Below are positions 16,851-26,725 of a stretch of DNA of 64,000 bases, piece after piece; the stretch's first letter is position 1; the number at the start of each line of letters is the position of its first letter. The notes under the pieces are model-generated. The model did no database searches. It was given only the letters and a program-made list of their open reading frames with translations, and had not been told where the DNA came from. The stretch spans positions 4,741-68,740 of the forward strand of contig JAFYSB010000008.1 of the NCBI GenBank assembly GCA_017546705.1. The letters run 5' to 3'. The position numbers and the translations under genes were made by a program. This stretch comes from Paludibacteraceae bacterium (lineage in GTDB: Bacteria > Bacteroidota > Bacteroidia > Bacteroidales > Paludibacteraceae).

Positions 16851-17588
16851 ACCTGAACCCGACATCGCTGTATACACGGCGCCTGCATCTAGTAGGCGCT
16901 GTTTTATTTGTGCGATTTCAGGGTAAAGCGGGAACACTGTTTGTTCGAAATCGTTGACCAGTAACGAACGCATATCTACTAACGCCTTACCATCTGCCAA
17001 TGCTCGTATGATTAATCCTTCTACCTCAGGATGGCGAATAATTCCACTATAAGCCTCTCTGGTCGATACACCGCAGTTGGGCTTGATCATTACCAAACGT
17101 AAGCCATTCAAATCCAAAGAAATGGGAGTAAGTTTGTCACCAATACCTTCGGCATAGCAAGGGGTGTTGTAAATAAAGAAGGGGCAGTCCGCTCCTAAGG
17201 AGCGTACCTCCTCTGCTAATTGCTGCTGACTCAAACCAAGTGCAAAAATTGCGTTCAAAGCTATCGCCATGTGAGCAGCATCACTACTGCCACCACCAAG
17301 ACCAGCACCAAAAGGAATATACTTTTTGAAACGTATCTTCACATCACCAATCTTCGGGTATTTCGCTCGCATACGCTGATAGCACTTGATAATCAAATTA
17401 TCTTCCGCAGGGCAATCTACTGCAAGTCCCTCTTGGACAAAATTAAAATGATCTGCGGCTTCCACTTCCAACTCATCATGCAAACCTACGATAGGATAGA
17501 AGATGGTTTCCAGATCGTGATAACCATCTTCGCGCTTACGCACTACGCGCAAACCGATATTAATTTTGCAATTGGGAAAAAGTTTCAA
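16737..17588 (-). CDS. ispE: 4-diphosphocytidyl-2-C-methyl-D-erythritol kinase
   Basis: 283 aa. KINIGLRVVRKREDGYHDL and the GHMP motif PFGAGLGGGSSDAA. The 3' end overlaps the convergent kinase gene by 114 nt. Confidence 0.85.
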   Translation of the reverse strand: MKLFPNCKINIGLRVVRKREDGYHDLETIFYPIVGLHDELEVEAADHFNFVQEGLAVDCPAEDNLIIKCYQRMRAKYPKIGDVKIRFKKYIPFGAGLGGGSSDAAHMAIALNAIFALGLSQQQLAEEVRSLGADCPFFIYNTPCYAEGIGDKLTPISLDLNGLRLVMIKPNCGVSTREAYSGIIRHPEVEGLIIRALADGKALVDMRSLLVNDFEQTVFPLYPEIAQIKQRLLDAGAVYTAMSGSGSTVFGLFENDAEGRTDAQLRLLHEEFASMVILDNTLA

Positions 17589-17599
17589 TGTTTCGAGGA

Positions 17600-18457
17600 T
17601 TAAACGGTATCCATAAAGGATTTTTGCACCTTATTGAATACCACAATACCGATTGCCAAAAGCACTACCATAAAGCCGAAGCTATAACCCAGCATCCACC
17701 AATCATGGTTGCCCACACCCAGCATTCCATATTTGAAGAACTCTACAATACCTGTTAGCGGGTTAAGTTGCATCACAAGACGCAACTTCTCGTTGGTGAT
17801 GGTAGAAAGAGGATAAATCACTGGTGTAGCATACATCCATAGACTAACGAAGAAACTCAGGAGCAACTGTAAATCACGGTATTTGGTAGTCATACTTGAG
17901 AATAGAATACCGAATCCTAATGCTAATCCAGCTAACATAGCCACCAATACAGGCAAGAGTAGCGCATACCAATTAGGTTGAATAACAGCATCTGTGAAGA
18001 TAATATAATATAGGTATACGATTAGGAAGAGGCTAAATTGTATGCCAAAGCGCACTAAGTTGCTAATCACATCGCTCAGCGGAGTCACCAAACGAGGAAA
18101 ATATACTTTGCCGAAGATACCAGCATTGGATACAAAGGTATTGGATGTCTTGGTTAGACAGTCAGCAAAATACTGCCAAAAACTGATACCTGCTAAATAA
18201 AAGAGTGGCTGAGGCAAACCGTCGGTAGAAATTTTTGCGATGCCACCGAATACCACCATATACATGACAGTAGTCATCATGGGTTGAATCACAAACCAAA
18301 GAGGACCAAGGATGGTTTGCTTATATTGTGTGATAATATTGCGCTTTACAAATAACGTCATCAAATCGCGATAACGCCAAATCTCCTTGAAATCAACTGA
18401 TAAAAGACTATCTTTTGGACGTATCTCTGTCGTCCATTTTTCTTGAGTTTCTGCCAT
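17600..18457 (-). CDS. ABC-2-type transporter permease (Wzm/TagG-like)
   Basis: Six predicted TM helices and an ABC-2 layout. Start moved to MAETQEKW because the -7 box (18476-18483) overlaps the upstream ATG. Confidence 0.7.
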   Translation of the reverse strand: MAETQEKWTTEIRPKDSLLSVDFKEIWRYRDLMTLFVKRNIITQYKQTILGPLWFVIQPMMTTVMYMVVFGGIAKISTDGLPQPLFYLAGISFWQYFADCLTKTSNTFVSNAGIFGKVYFPRLVTPLSDVISNLVRFGIQFSLFLIVYLYYIIFTDAVIQPNWYALLLPVLVAMLAGLALGFGILFSSMTTKYRDLQLLLSFFVSLWMYATPVIYPLSTITNEKLRLVMQLNPLTGIVEFFKYGMLGVGNHDWWMLGYSFGFMVVLLAIGIVVFNKVQKSFMDTV

Positions 18458-18475
18458 AATTACGAAAATTTGCTG

Positions 18476-18483
18476 CAAAGGTA
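18476..18483 (-). promoter_or_regulatory. -7 promoter box TACCTTTG for the ABC-2 permease gene
   Basis: The plus strand reads CAAAGGTA, 19 nt upstream of the ATG at 18457. Confidence 0.55.
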
Positions 18484-18515
18484 CACTTTTTTTTGCAAAT
18501 GTGCAAATTTATTTG

Positions 18516-18523
18516 TACCTTTG
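18516..18523 (+). promoter_or_regulatory. -7 promoter box TACCTTTG for the DUF349/ftsE-like operon
   Basis: Context tttgTACCTTTGtcgcg, 49 nt upstream of the ATG at 18572. It is divergent from the box at 18476, with the palindrome TTTGCAAATGTGCAAA between the two. Confidence 0.55.
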
Positions 18524-18571
18524 TCGCGAAATTTATGAACCCCGCTCGAAAGGGCGTAACTTTTTACGATT

Positions 18572-20056
18572 ATGGCAAATGAAAAACAACAGTTCGTGGA
18601 CGAACTAAAGGAACTACTACAAAAGAATGTAGCGGAAGTGAAGGAACAAGTAGAAGTGCTGAAAACACAATTCTACCGTCAGTATCATCAAGAATTAGAG
18701 GCGCAGAAGAAGGCCGCATTCGAGGCTGCTGAGGCAGCGGGCGAAATGCTAGAGAACTGGTTGCCATCTATTGATGAACTGGAGCAAGAGTTCCGTGAAC
18801 TGTTGAATACATATAAGCAACGTCGTGCAGAATTGCAAAAGCAAATCGAAGAAGAGCAGGCACAAAACTTGCTGCGCAAAGAGAATATCCTGGTTCAAAT
18901 GAAGGAGTTAGCTGATGCTGAGACCGCAGATGTGATGGATAATCTAAAGAAAATGCGCGAGTTGCAAGCTGAGTGGAAGACGATAGGGGCTGTACCTGCA
19001 ACCAAAACTCAAGAGATTTGGAAGAATTATCAACAATATCAAGAACGTTTCTATGATCTTGTGAAGATAAATATAGAACTTCGTGATTTGGACTTCAAGA
19101 AAAACCTTGAGATGAAAACCCTCCTTTGCGAAGCTGCGGAGAAATTGCAAGAGAATCCAAATATTGTAGAGGCGAATCGTGCGTTGCAACAGTTGCATGA
19201 TGAGTGGGCTGAGATTGGTCCTGTGGCTCGCGAGTTGCGAGAAGATATTTGGAATCGCTTTAAACAAGCAAGTAGCGTAATCAACAAAAAGCATCAAGCT
19301 TATTTTGATGAACTTCACGCTAAAGAGAATGAAAATTTAGAGAAGAAGCAAGCCTTGATTGCACAAATTAAGGAACTGGATGTAACGAAATTGAAATCCA
19401 ATAAGCAATGGGATGAGGCTACTGAGAAGGTACAAGCTATCCAACAAGAGTGGCGCACCATTGGTTTTGCTCCTAAGAAACAAAATCAAGCAGTCTATAA
19501 TGAGTACCGCGAACTTTGCGAGGCATTCTTCAAAGCAAAAACCGCTTTCTACAAAGGTATGCGCGATGAGTTTAGTGAGAATTTGAAGAAGAAACGCGAA
19601 CTTGTTGAAGCTGCAGAGGCATTGAAAGATAGCATTGATTGGACGGAAACTACCAACAAACTTATCGAATTGCAACAACAATGGAAGAAGGTTGGTCCTG
19701 TAGCTCGCAAATATTCTGACGAACTTTGGAAGAAGTTTACCGCTGCTTGCGATGCTTTCTTTGAGGCGAAACGAGAGGCTACCAAGGAACTTCGCGAGCA
19801 ATATGCTCAAAAGCGTGCAGAAGCGAAAGAGCGTTGGAACAAGAAGGTGGATGGTATGAATGATCGTCAAAAATTGATTCGTATGTACGAGAATCTTGTG
19901 CAAGAAATCAAGACGGCAGAGAACAATATCCTCTTCTTTACAGGAAAAAGTAAGTCAGGCAACAAGTTGGTGGATGATATGCGCAAGAAGATTGATGTCC
20001 TCAAGAGCCAACTCAATGACCTTGAGAACAAAATCAACCAAATGGATGCAGAATGA
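18572..20056 (+). CDS. DUF349 domain-containing protein
   Basis: 494 aa. Repeated ~75-aa helical units each carrying W..IG.V/A (EWKTIGAVP, EWAEIGPVA, EWRTIGFAP, QWKKVGPVA). Confidence 0.75.
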   Translation: MANEKQQFVDELKELLQKNVAEVKEQVEVLKTQFYRQYHQELEAQKKAAFEAAEAAGEMLENWLPSIDELEQEFRELLNTYKQRRAELQKQIEEEQAQNLLRKENILVQMKELADAETADVMDNLKKMRELQAEWKTIGAVPATKTQEIWKNYQQYQERFYDLVKINIELRDLDFKKNLEMKTLLCEAAEKLQENPNIVEANRALQQLHDEWAEIGPVARELREDIWNRFKQASSVINKKHQAYFDELHAKENENLEKKQALIAQIKELDVTKLKSNKQWDEATEKVQAIQQEWRTIGFAPKKQNQAVYNEYRELCEAFFKAKTAFYKGMRDEFSENLKKKRELVEAAEALKDSIDWTETTNKLIELQQQWKKVGPVARKYSDELWKKFTAACDAFFEAKREATKELREQYAQKRAEAKERWNKKVDGMNDRQKLIRMYENLVQEIKTAENNILFFTGKSKSGNKLVDDMRKKIDVLKSQLNDLENKINQMDAE

Positions 20057-20718
20057 GTGAACTCATCAAATATAAAGGTGTAGAGATTTGTCAGGATGAG
20101 CAGATTGTGCTGACAGATGTCAACTTGACCATTTCTTCTGGTGAAATGGTATATCTGTTGGGACGTGTGGGTAGTGGTAAGTCTAGTTTTATGAAAACCA
20201 TCTACGCTGAGTTGTCTATCGAAGGGGCTGAAGCAACTGCTTTAGACTATGACTTATTGAAACTTCGTCGCCGCGATATCCCGTATCTGCGCAGAAAGGT
20301 TGGGGTGGTGTTCCAAGATTTCCAGTTGTTGGTAGATCGCAATGTGGAAGAGAACTTGATGTTTGTGCTAAAAGCCACAGGATGGAAGGATAAACAGGCC
20401 ATGAAGAATAATATCTACGATGTACTCAAGCAAGTAGGTATGGAGGAAAAGGCATACAAAATGCCTTACCAACTTTCTGGCGGAGAACAACAACGTGTGG
20501 TGATTGCTCGTGCCTTGTTGAACGCACCTGGATTAATTCTCGCAGATGAACCAACGGGTAATCTTGACCCTGAGACTGGTAAGGGAATTATGGAATTACT
20601 CTATAGCATTAGCCAAGCGGGTATGACGGTTATTATGTCCACGCACAACCATACTTGGCCCGAGCAATATCCAGGACGTAAACTGCAATTTGCTGACGGA
20701 AAGATAGCAGAGCTATGA
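20053..20718 (+). CDS. ftsE: FtsE-like ABC transporter ATP-binding protein
   Basis: 221 aa. Walker [10 protein letters not shown], signature LSGGEQQR, Walker [17 protein letters not shown] overlap with the upstream gene. Confidence 0.75.
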   Translation: MSELIKYKGVEICQDEQIVLTDVNLTISSGEMVYLLGRVGSGKSSFMKTIYAELSIEGAEATALDYDLLKLRRRDIPYLRRKVGVVFQDFQLLVDRNVEENLMFVLKATGWKDKQAMKNNIYDVLKQVGMEEKAYKMPYQLSGGEQQRVVIARALLNAPGLILADEPTGNLDPETGKGIMELLYSISQAGMTVIMSTHNHTWPEQYPGRKLQFADGKIAEL

Positions 20719-20820
20719 TTATTTGACCACTGCTTATTGCATTCTCTGTTGGGTGGCATATAGGCAGTAAAATCCTAATAAGTTGCGGCAAGATTATAAA
20801 AGAAACACAATCATCAAAAC

Positions 20821-20859
20821 AAAAAACGCATTTCTCTTGCAGATGTGCGTTTTTTTTTG
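20821..20859 (+). terminator. Hairpin terminator
   Basis: AAAAAACGCA-loop-TGCGTTTTTTTTT, directly abutting the next promoter box. Confidence 0.6.
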
Positions 20860-20867
20860 TACCTTTG
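20860..20867 (+). promoter_or_regulatory. -7 promoter box TACCTTTG for the Omp85 gene
   Basis: Context ttttttttgTACCTTTGcggg. It overlaps the ORF-track ATG at 20865, so the real start must be downstream. Confidence 0.55.
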
Positions 20868-20903
20868 CGGGCTGAATATATTATGCGTATGCGCGGGCGA
20901 AAT

Positions 20904-23153
20904 ATGGATAGGAAAATGATGGCATTGAAGATGCTGTCTGTGTTGGTGTGTGTTAACATGTTGGTTGCTTGCAATACGACTAAGTTTGTACCCGAAGGTA
21001 AATACCTACTGAATGATGTGAAAGTGCGTGTGGAGGATACAAAGGCTGTGACTTCATCTGAACTGATGAAATACGTGCAACAGAAACAAAATACGGAGAT
21101 TCTAGGTTTTTGGAAACTGCAACTAGATATATATAATACCGCTTCTGCGGACACTACCAAATGGACAAGCAAGAATGCGCGAAAAATAGGCGAGGCACCA
21201 GTGGTGTTTGATGCAGAATTGGCGGATGCGAGTTGTACGCAGTTGCAACGCGCGATGAACAATAAGGGCTACTTCCGTACGCAAGTGGATACGACAATGG
21301 CTGTGAAGGACCGCAAAGTGAATCTGGTGTACCACGTGACAGCCGATAAACCATATATGATTCGTAAATATTCAGTGAATTTGCCTCAATCGGATTTAAA
21401 GTTGATTGCTACTAACTCACGCGCGCTAGTTGGTAATGGTATGCAGTTTGATGCAGATGTGCTGAATGAGGAGCGTCGTCGGGTATCAAGTGCCATGCGC
21501 AGAAGAGGGTATTTCTATTTCGATCAAGAGTTGTTGCGCTTTGAGGCAGATAGTACGCGTGGCAAAGGTGAGATAGATGTGACGATGAAGTTGCACGATT
21601 ATCTGAAAGAGTTGCCTGCCGAAGAACAGGAAAAGATATTTCGTAAGTATCGTATCGCCCATGTGCATTTTCATTTGGATTATGATCCTTCGCGCCTTCC
21701 TGATACTGAAGAGATGTCTTCGAAGTCGAAGGATGGTTTTGTGTTTACGTGGGTCGGCAAACAGTTGCTTCGTGATAACGTGTTGAAGCGTCACTGTCCG
21801 ATTGAACCAGGCGATATGTACAACGAGCGCATGGTGGAACGAGCTTATACGCGCTTCAATCAATTGGCACCTGTTAAGTATGTGGATATAAGTTTTGAAC
21901 CTATATCAGCGGATGAATTGGATTGTCATATTGTACTTTCGCGAGGCAAGTTGCATACAGTATCAGCGGAGATTGAGGGTACGTATTCGGCTGGCGATTG
22001 GGGTGTTGCAGCAGGAGTGGGATATGTGAATCGAAATCTATTTCGTGGTGCGGAAGAACTATCTGTAAATGGTCGTGCAAGCTATGAGTGGCGACAAAAT
22101 GGCGGTCGTGCCATTGAAGCAAAAGCTGCTGCTGGAATGAAGTTTCCCAATCTGGTATCATTGGATTTGAGTTATGACTTCCAAAATCGTCCCGATGAAT
22201 ATACACGCTCCATTTTTGGTGCTGGATTAAATTATACGATCCGTCAGCCACGTGTCGGATTGGAGCATCAGTTCCGATTTGTGGATATTAGTTATGTGTA
22301 TTTGCCTTGGGTGAGTGATATTTTTCGTGACCAGTTTTTGCAATCGACAAATATCTTGAAGTACTCCTACGAGAACCATTTTATCGTAGGTCTAGGCTAC
22401 TCAGGTAACTATAGTTCGTATCGTGCCAGTCGGCCAAACAGTTCGTATTGGAATGTGAATTACAATATTGAGACAGCAGGTAACTTGCTACGTGCATTGG
22501 CGAAACCATGTGGGTTTTCAGTGGATACATTGTCGGGAAATTATATTTTTCTCAATACGCAGTTTGCACAATTCGCAAAGGCCGATTTGTCGGTAACCTA
22601 TAATCAGATGCTTCATCCGAAACATCGATTGGTATTTCATGCCGATTTGGGCGTTGCAGTGCCCTATGGTAATTCACAAACGATACCCTTTGAGAAGCGC
22701 TATTTCGCAGGAGGTGCGAATAGTGTGCGTGGTTGGTCAGCTCGTACATTGGGACCTGGTGGATATAAGGGTAATGGCAAGTTGATTGACTTCAACAACC
22801 AATCGGGTGATATTCGTATGAATTTGAATGTGGAATATCGTGCAAAGGTGTGGTCGATTTTTGAGTTAGCTGCTTTCTTTGATGCAGGAAATATATGGAC
22901 CATATTTGACTATGAAGCGCAACCCAATGGTGTGTTCCGCTTCGGTGAGTTTTACAAGCAAATCGCTTTGGCGTATGGTGTGGGTGTGCGTTTGGACTTC
23001 TCATTCTTTATTTTCCGTTTGGACTTTGGCGTGAAATTGTATGACCCAGCATTACGCTATGATGGTTCGGGTAAGCAGTGGCGCACCGTAGGAAACGGCT
23101 TGAATTGGGCAGATGATATGGCATTCCATATTGCGATAGGATACCCATTTTAG
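20904..23153 (+). CDS. BamA/TamA-family (Omp85) outer-membrane protein
   Basis: Start chosen at MDRKMMALKMLSVLVCVNMLVAC (20883 is also possible). POTRA-like N-terminal region and a C-terminal surface-antigen barrel ending ...FHIAIGYPF. Confidence 0.75.
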   Translation: MDRKMMALKMLSVLVCVNMLVACNTTKFVPEGKYLLNDVKVRVEDTKAVTSSELMKYVQQKQNTEILGFWKLQLDIYNTASADTTKWTSKNARKIGEAPVVFDAELADASCTQLQRAMNNKGYFRTQVDTTMAVKDRKVNLVYHVTADKPYMIRKYSVNLPQSDLKLIATNSRALVGNGMQFDADVLNEERRRVSSAMRRRGYFYFDQELLRFEADSTRGKGEIDVTMKLHDYLKELPAEEQEKIFRKYRIAHVHFHLDYDPSRLPDTEEMSSKSKDGFVFTWVGKQLLRDNVLKRHCPIEPGDMYNERMVERAYTRFNQLAPVKYVDISFEPISADELDCHIVLSRGKLHTVSAEIEGTYSAGDWGVAAGVGYVNRNLFRGAEELSVNGRASYEWRQNGGRAIEAKAAAGMKFPNLVSLDLSYDFQNRPDEYTRSIFGAGLNYTIRQPRVGLEHQFRFVDISYVYLPWVSDIFRDQFLQSTNILKYSYENHFIVGLGYSGNYSSYRASRPNSSYWNVNYNIETAGNLLRALAKPCGFSVDTLSGNYIFLNTQFAQFAKADLSVTYNQMLHPKHRLVFHADLGVAVPYGNSQTIPFEKRYFAGGANSVRGWSARTLGPGGYKGNGKLIDFNNQSGDIRMNLNVEYRAKVWSIFELAAFFDAGNIWTIFDYEAQPNGVFRFGEFYKQIALAYGVGVRLDFSFFIFRLDFGVKLYDPALRYDGSGKQWRTVGNGLNWADDMAFHIAIGYPF

Positions 23154-23202
23154 GAGAACCATTAGACAAATTGGACCAATTAGGCTAATTAGTAAATCGG
23201 AC

Positions 23203-23826
23203 ATGCTAAAAGCATATTGCATAGAAGGAGTTGTGGAAGCGGGTTGCGATGAAGCAGGACGCGGACCATTGGCAGGGAGTGTGTTTGCTGCTGCGGTGGT
23301 GCTTGAGCCGAAATTGATAGAACAAGAGCAGCATCGCGAATGGTTAGAACTACTCAATGATTCGAAGCAGCTCTCCGAGAAAGAGCGTCGGTTTCTTCGC
23401 CCGAAGATAGAACAATATGCTACAGCATGGGCAGTCGTGGAAGTGACGGCGGAGGAGATTGACCAAATCAACATCCTGAAAGCATCCATTATTGGTATGC
23501 AACGCGCATTGGATAACTTGACTATCACACCTCAGCATATCCTGGTGGATGGCAACAAATGGAAACCCTATATACCCGCAGGACAAGTGATGGAAGTCCC
23601 TGCACGCACAGTGGTCAAAGGTGATGGTAAATACCTATCCATAGCGGCAGCGAGTGTGCTGGCTAAGACTTATCGAGATGAGTATATGCTACGCTTGCAT
23701 GAGGAGTATCCGCAGTATCATTGGGATACAAATATGGGCTATCCTACCAAAGCGCACTATGAGGCAATACGGCAGTATGGCATCACGCCTTACCACCGCA
23801 AGACATTCAAACTAAATAAGCCTTAA
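23203..23826 (+). CDS. rnhB: Ribonuclease HII
   Basis: 207 aa. GCDEAGRGPLAGSVFAAAV, LNDSKQLS, and DGN...KGD...SIAAASVLAK. Confidence 0.9.
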   Translation: MLKAYCIEGVVEAGCDEAGRGPLAGSVFAAAVVLEPKLIEQEQHREWLELLNDSKQLSEKERRFLRPKIEQYATAWAVVEVTAEEIDQINILKASIIGMQRALDNLTITPQHILVDGNKWKPYIPAGQVMEVPARTVVKGDGKYLSIAAASVLAKTYRDEYMLRLHEEYPQYHWDTNMGYPTKAHYEAIRQYGITPYHRKTFKLNKP

Positions 23827-23851
23827 ATCCCTTGTTCGTTACTTGCTAATT

Positions 23852-23884
23852 ACGGCAACGACACGGCAACGACACGGCAACGAG
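23852..23884. repeat. 11-bp tandem repeat x3 (ACGGCAACGAC)
   Basis: Units acggcaacgac acggcaacgac acggcaacgag, in the intergenic region between rnhB and sppA. Confidence 0.85.
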
Positions 23885-23930
23885 AAAAGACTTTAATGAG
23901 AGATAATAAACGCTTTAATGTAAGAAAAAA

Positions 23931-25679
23931 ATGGCAATTTTTGTAAAAAAAGAGGGCGAACCTCGTAAAAAAATGGGTTGCTTAGGCAAAACCCTTATCG
24001 GTATTGGTGTGTATTTTGGTTTTTGTTTCCTTTTGGGTGCGTTGATGGGCGATATGATGTCCACACCAACCACTAAATTGGAGGAGAATACCATCTATCG
24101 TATTGATTTGAAAGGTAATTTAGTAGAGCAAGTGGGAGAAGAGAATCCATTGGACGCCATCATGGGTGAATTGTATGGTCAAACTACTACCACCGTCGGC
24201 TTGAGTGATCTGCTCAGCAATATCGCATTGGCGAAGGACAACGACAAGGTGTTGGGTATCTACCTCAAGGGAGGCTCACTGGCTGCGGGACCAGCTTGTG
24301 CAAAGGCACTCCGCGATGCGCTGCTAGACTTCAAACAATCAGGCAAATTCATTATCGCTTATTCTGATTCGTATTCACAAACCAATTACTATATCGCTTC
24401 TGTAGCAGATAAGATTTTCTTCAATCCAGTTGGTTCGTTGACTTGGGATGGATTGAGCGCACAAAAAGAGTACTACACCCGTCTCTTCGATAAGATTGGC
24501 ATTGAGATGCAAATCCTCAAGGTGGGTACTTTCAAATCGGCTGTTGAACCATATTTCCGCACTTCGATGTCAGAGGCAGACCGCAAACAAACCGAGCAAT
24601 ATCTCGGTGGTATATGGAGCGAGATGAAAGCGGCAGTAGGACAAAGTCGCGAAATCACTCCTGAACAATTACACGCATACGCAGACGAATGTATGTCGCT
24701 GCAACCACAAGAGAAATACCTCACCTATAAATTGGTGGACTCATTGGTGTATATCCAAGAGATGGACAGCATTTTGCGTACCTATGCAGGCACCAAAGAC
24801 TATAAGCAGCTGTCTAACAGCAAGATGACTAGTGTAGAGCGCAGCAAGATTGATGCAACAGACAAGGTGGCAGTCTTGTACGCAGAAGGTGCTATCGTGG
24901 ACGCGGGTACAGATGGCATTGTAGAGGGTAAAATCTTGAAAACAATCAAGAAAATCTACAATGACGATGATGTGAAAGCAGTAGTTTTCCGTGTGAATAG
25001 CCCTGGTGGTAGTGCTGACGCAAGTGAGCAGATTTGGCATGCAATGAAGATGTTGCAAGATAAGGGTCTTCCTGTAGTGGTTTCTATGGGCGACTATGCG
25101 GCATCTGGAGGCTACTATATCTCTTGCAACGCCGATTATATCTATGCGGAACCTACTACACTCACTGGTTCAATTGGTATCTTTGGTACAGTGCCTAACT
25201 TCAATAAACTCCGCGAAAAAGTAGGTTTGGATATTGATGGCGTATCTACCAATAAACATTCTGCCTTGAATGTCAATGCAGTTTACAAAGGTATGAACCC
25301 ACAGGAGATGGCACTCATGCAAAATATGGTGGAGCGTGGCTATGACCTCTTTACTCGTCGTTGCGCCGATGGTCGCGGTATGACACAAGATGAAATCAAG
25401 AAGATTGGCGAGGGTCGTGTATGGCTTGGTAAAGATGCTTTGGAGATTGGCTTAGTGGATAGTCTGGGTAATATCAACGATGCTGTTGCGAAAGCAGTGG
25501 AGTTGGCAGAATTGGGTGAGTATCAATTGGCTACCTATCCAGAGAAGACCGACCCATTTGAGAAACTCATCAAAATGTTTGACCCTACCACACCAGAGGA
25601 ACGCCTCGTAATGAAGGTACGTGAGTTTGCTTCTAAACCACGTATTATGGCATTGATGCCTGAAGTGACAATACAATAA
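23931..25679 (+). CDS. sppA: Signal peptide peptidase SppA, 67K type
   Basis: 582 aa. N-terminal TM and two S49 domains. Catalytic-region motif GDYAASGGYYIS. Confidence 0.85.
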   Translation: MAIFVKKEGEPRKKMGCLGKTLIGIGVYFGFCFLLGALMGDMMSTPTTKLEENTIYRIDLKGNLVEQVGEENPLDAIMGELYGQTTTTVGLSDLLSNIALAKDNDKVLGIYLKGGSLAAGPACAKALRDALLDFKQSGKFIIAYSDSYSQTNYYIASVADKIFFNPVGSLTWDGLSAQKEYYTRLFDKIGIEMQILKVGTFKSAVEPYFRTSMSEADRKQTEQYLGGIWSEMKAAVGQSREITPEQLHAYADECMSLQPQEKYLTYKLVDSLVYIQEMDSILRTYAGTKDYKQLSNSKMTSVERSKIDATDKVAVLYAEGAIVDAGTDGIVEGKILKTIKKIYNDDDVKAVVFRVNSPGGSADASEQIWHAMKMLQDKGLPVVVSMGDYAASGGYYISCNADYIYAEPTTLTGSIGIFGTVPNFNKLREKVGLDIDGVSTNKHSALNVNAVYKGMNPQEMALMQNMVERGYDLFTRRCADGRGMTQDEIKKIGEGRVWLGKDALEIGLVDSLGNINDAVAKAVELAELGEYQLATYPEKTDPFEKLIKMFDPTTPEERLVMKVREFASKPRIMALMPEVTIQ

Positions 25680-25685
25680 TACAGA

Positions 25686-26708
25686 ATGAAATTCTTATTG
25701 GCTCCCATAGCATGGATTTATGGTTTCGTCGTATGGCTTCGTAATTTGCTATACGACGACCATATCCTGCATTCTACTCAGGTTAGCATACCTACCATTT
25801 GTGTGGGCAATCTTGCTGTAGGCGGAACAGGCAAAACACCAATGGCAGAGTACTTGATTTCTTTGCTCTCATCTGATTATAAGGTAGCGCTTCTTTCGCG
25901 TGGCTATGGGAGAAAAACAAAAGGCTTTCGTATTGCTAATGAGCATGATACAGCACAAACTATTGGTGATGAACCAATGCAAATCCACACCCATTTCCCC
26001 GATATACCTGTGGCTGTATGCGCCGACCGTGTGAAGGGCGTGAAACGTTTACAACAGTTGTATCCTGATTTGCAATGTGTAATCCTCGATGATGCGTACC
26101 AGCACCGCAAGTTGCGTTGCGGATTCTATGTGCTACTTACGCCTTATGACTGCCTATATACCAATGATCATCTGTTGCCATGGGGTAGGTTGCGCGATTT
26201 GCCTAATCAGAGTCACCGAGCCAATGTGGTGGTAGTGACTAAATGTCCGTCTCAAATGCAACCGATTGACAGACGAATAGTGAGCAATGCGTTGCATTTG
26301 GCATCGTACCAGCATTTGGTTTATTCTTCAATCGGTTATGCACCAATAGCATTGAATGGAACACCATTGCTTGTTACGGGCATTGCTAATCCGTTGCCAT
26401 TATTAGAGCATTTGAAAGCACAATGTCCAGATACCGAGTTGCTTGCATTTCCAGATCACCATGTGTTTACGAAACATGATATCGCTCAGATCATGCACAA
26501 AGCAGAACAATATAGCTGTGTTGTAACCACAGAAAAAGATTATATGCGTTTATTACAGACTCCATTGGTTGAACAGTTGGGTAACAAATTGCAAGTATTA
26601 GCTATTCAAACGGATTTGGGTATTGACAAAGAAGCTTTTGATCGTCAAATCCTTCTCTACGTCAGTGAGAATAACCGCAAGCTGTCAACTATTAACTGTC
26701 AACTGTAA
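25686..26708 (+). CDS. lpxK: Tetraacyldisaccharide 4'-kinase with a repeat-encoded C-terminal tail
   Basis: 340 aa. P-loop VGNLAVGGTGKTP. The last residues ..KLSTINCQL come from the heptamer array. Confidence 0.85.
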   Translation: MKFLLAPIAWIYGFVVWLRNLLYDDHILHSTQVSIPTICVGNLAVGGTGKTPMAEYLISLLSSDYKVALLSRGYGRKTKGFRIANEHDTAQTIGDEPMQIHTHFPDIPVAVCADRVKGVKRLQQLYPDLQCVILDDAYQHRKLRCGFYVLLTPYDCLYTNDHLLPWGRLRDLPNQSHRANVVVVTKCPSQMQPIDRRIVSNALHLASYQHLVYSSIGYAPIALNGTPLLVTGIANPLPLLEHLKAQCPDTELLAFPDHHVFTKHDIAQIMHKAEQYSCVVTTEKDYMRLLQTPLVEQLGNKLQVLAIQTDLGIDKEAFDRQILLYVSENNRKLSTINCQL

Positions 26709-26722
26709 ATTGTCAACTGTCC
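26682..26722. repeat. TCAACTG heptamer array (reverse orientation of the CAGTTGA family)
   Basis: Sequence ctgtcaactattaactgtcaactgtaaattgtcaactgtcc. It spans the lpxK stop and ends 3 nt before the next ATG (26726). Confidence 0.8.
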
Positions 26723-26725
26723 ATC

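Noticed and set aside
18493-18508. Palindrome TTTGCAAATGTGCAAA between divergent promoters, as a specific operator
   Set aside because: TTTGCA-type strings recur near many promoters here (for example 46375-46392 and 33830) and probably reflect the generic -33 TTTG element rather than a dedicated operator.
20633-21262. 209-aa minus-strand ORF spanning the ftsE-like/Omp85 intergenic region
   Set aside because: It overlaps the ends of two well-supported plus-strand genes, as well as the terminator and promoter between them. It has no motifs.
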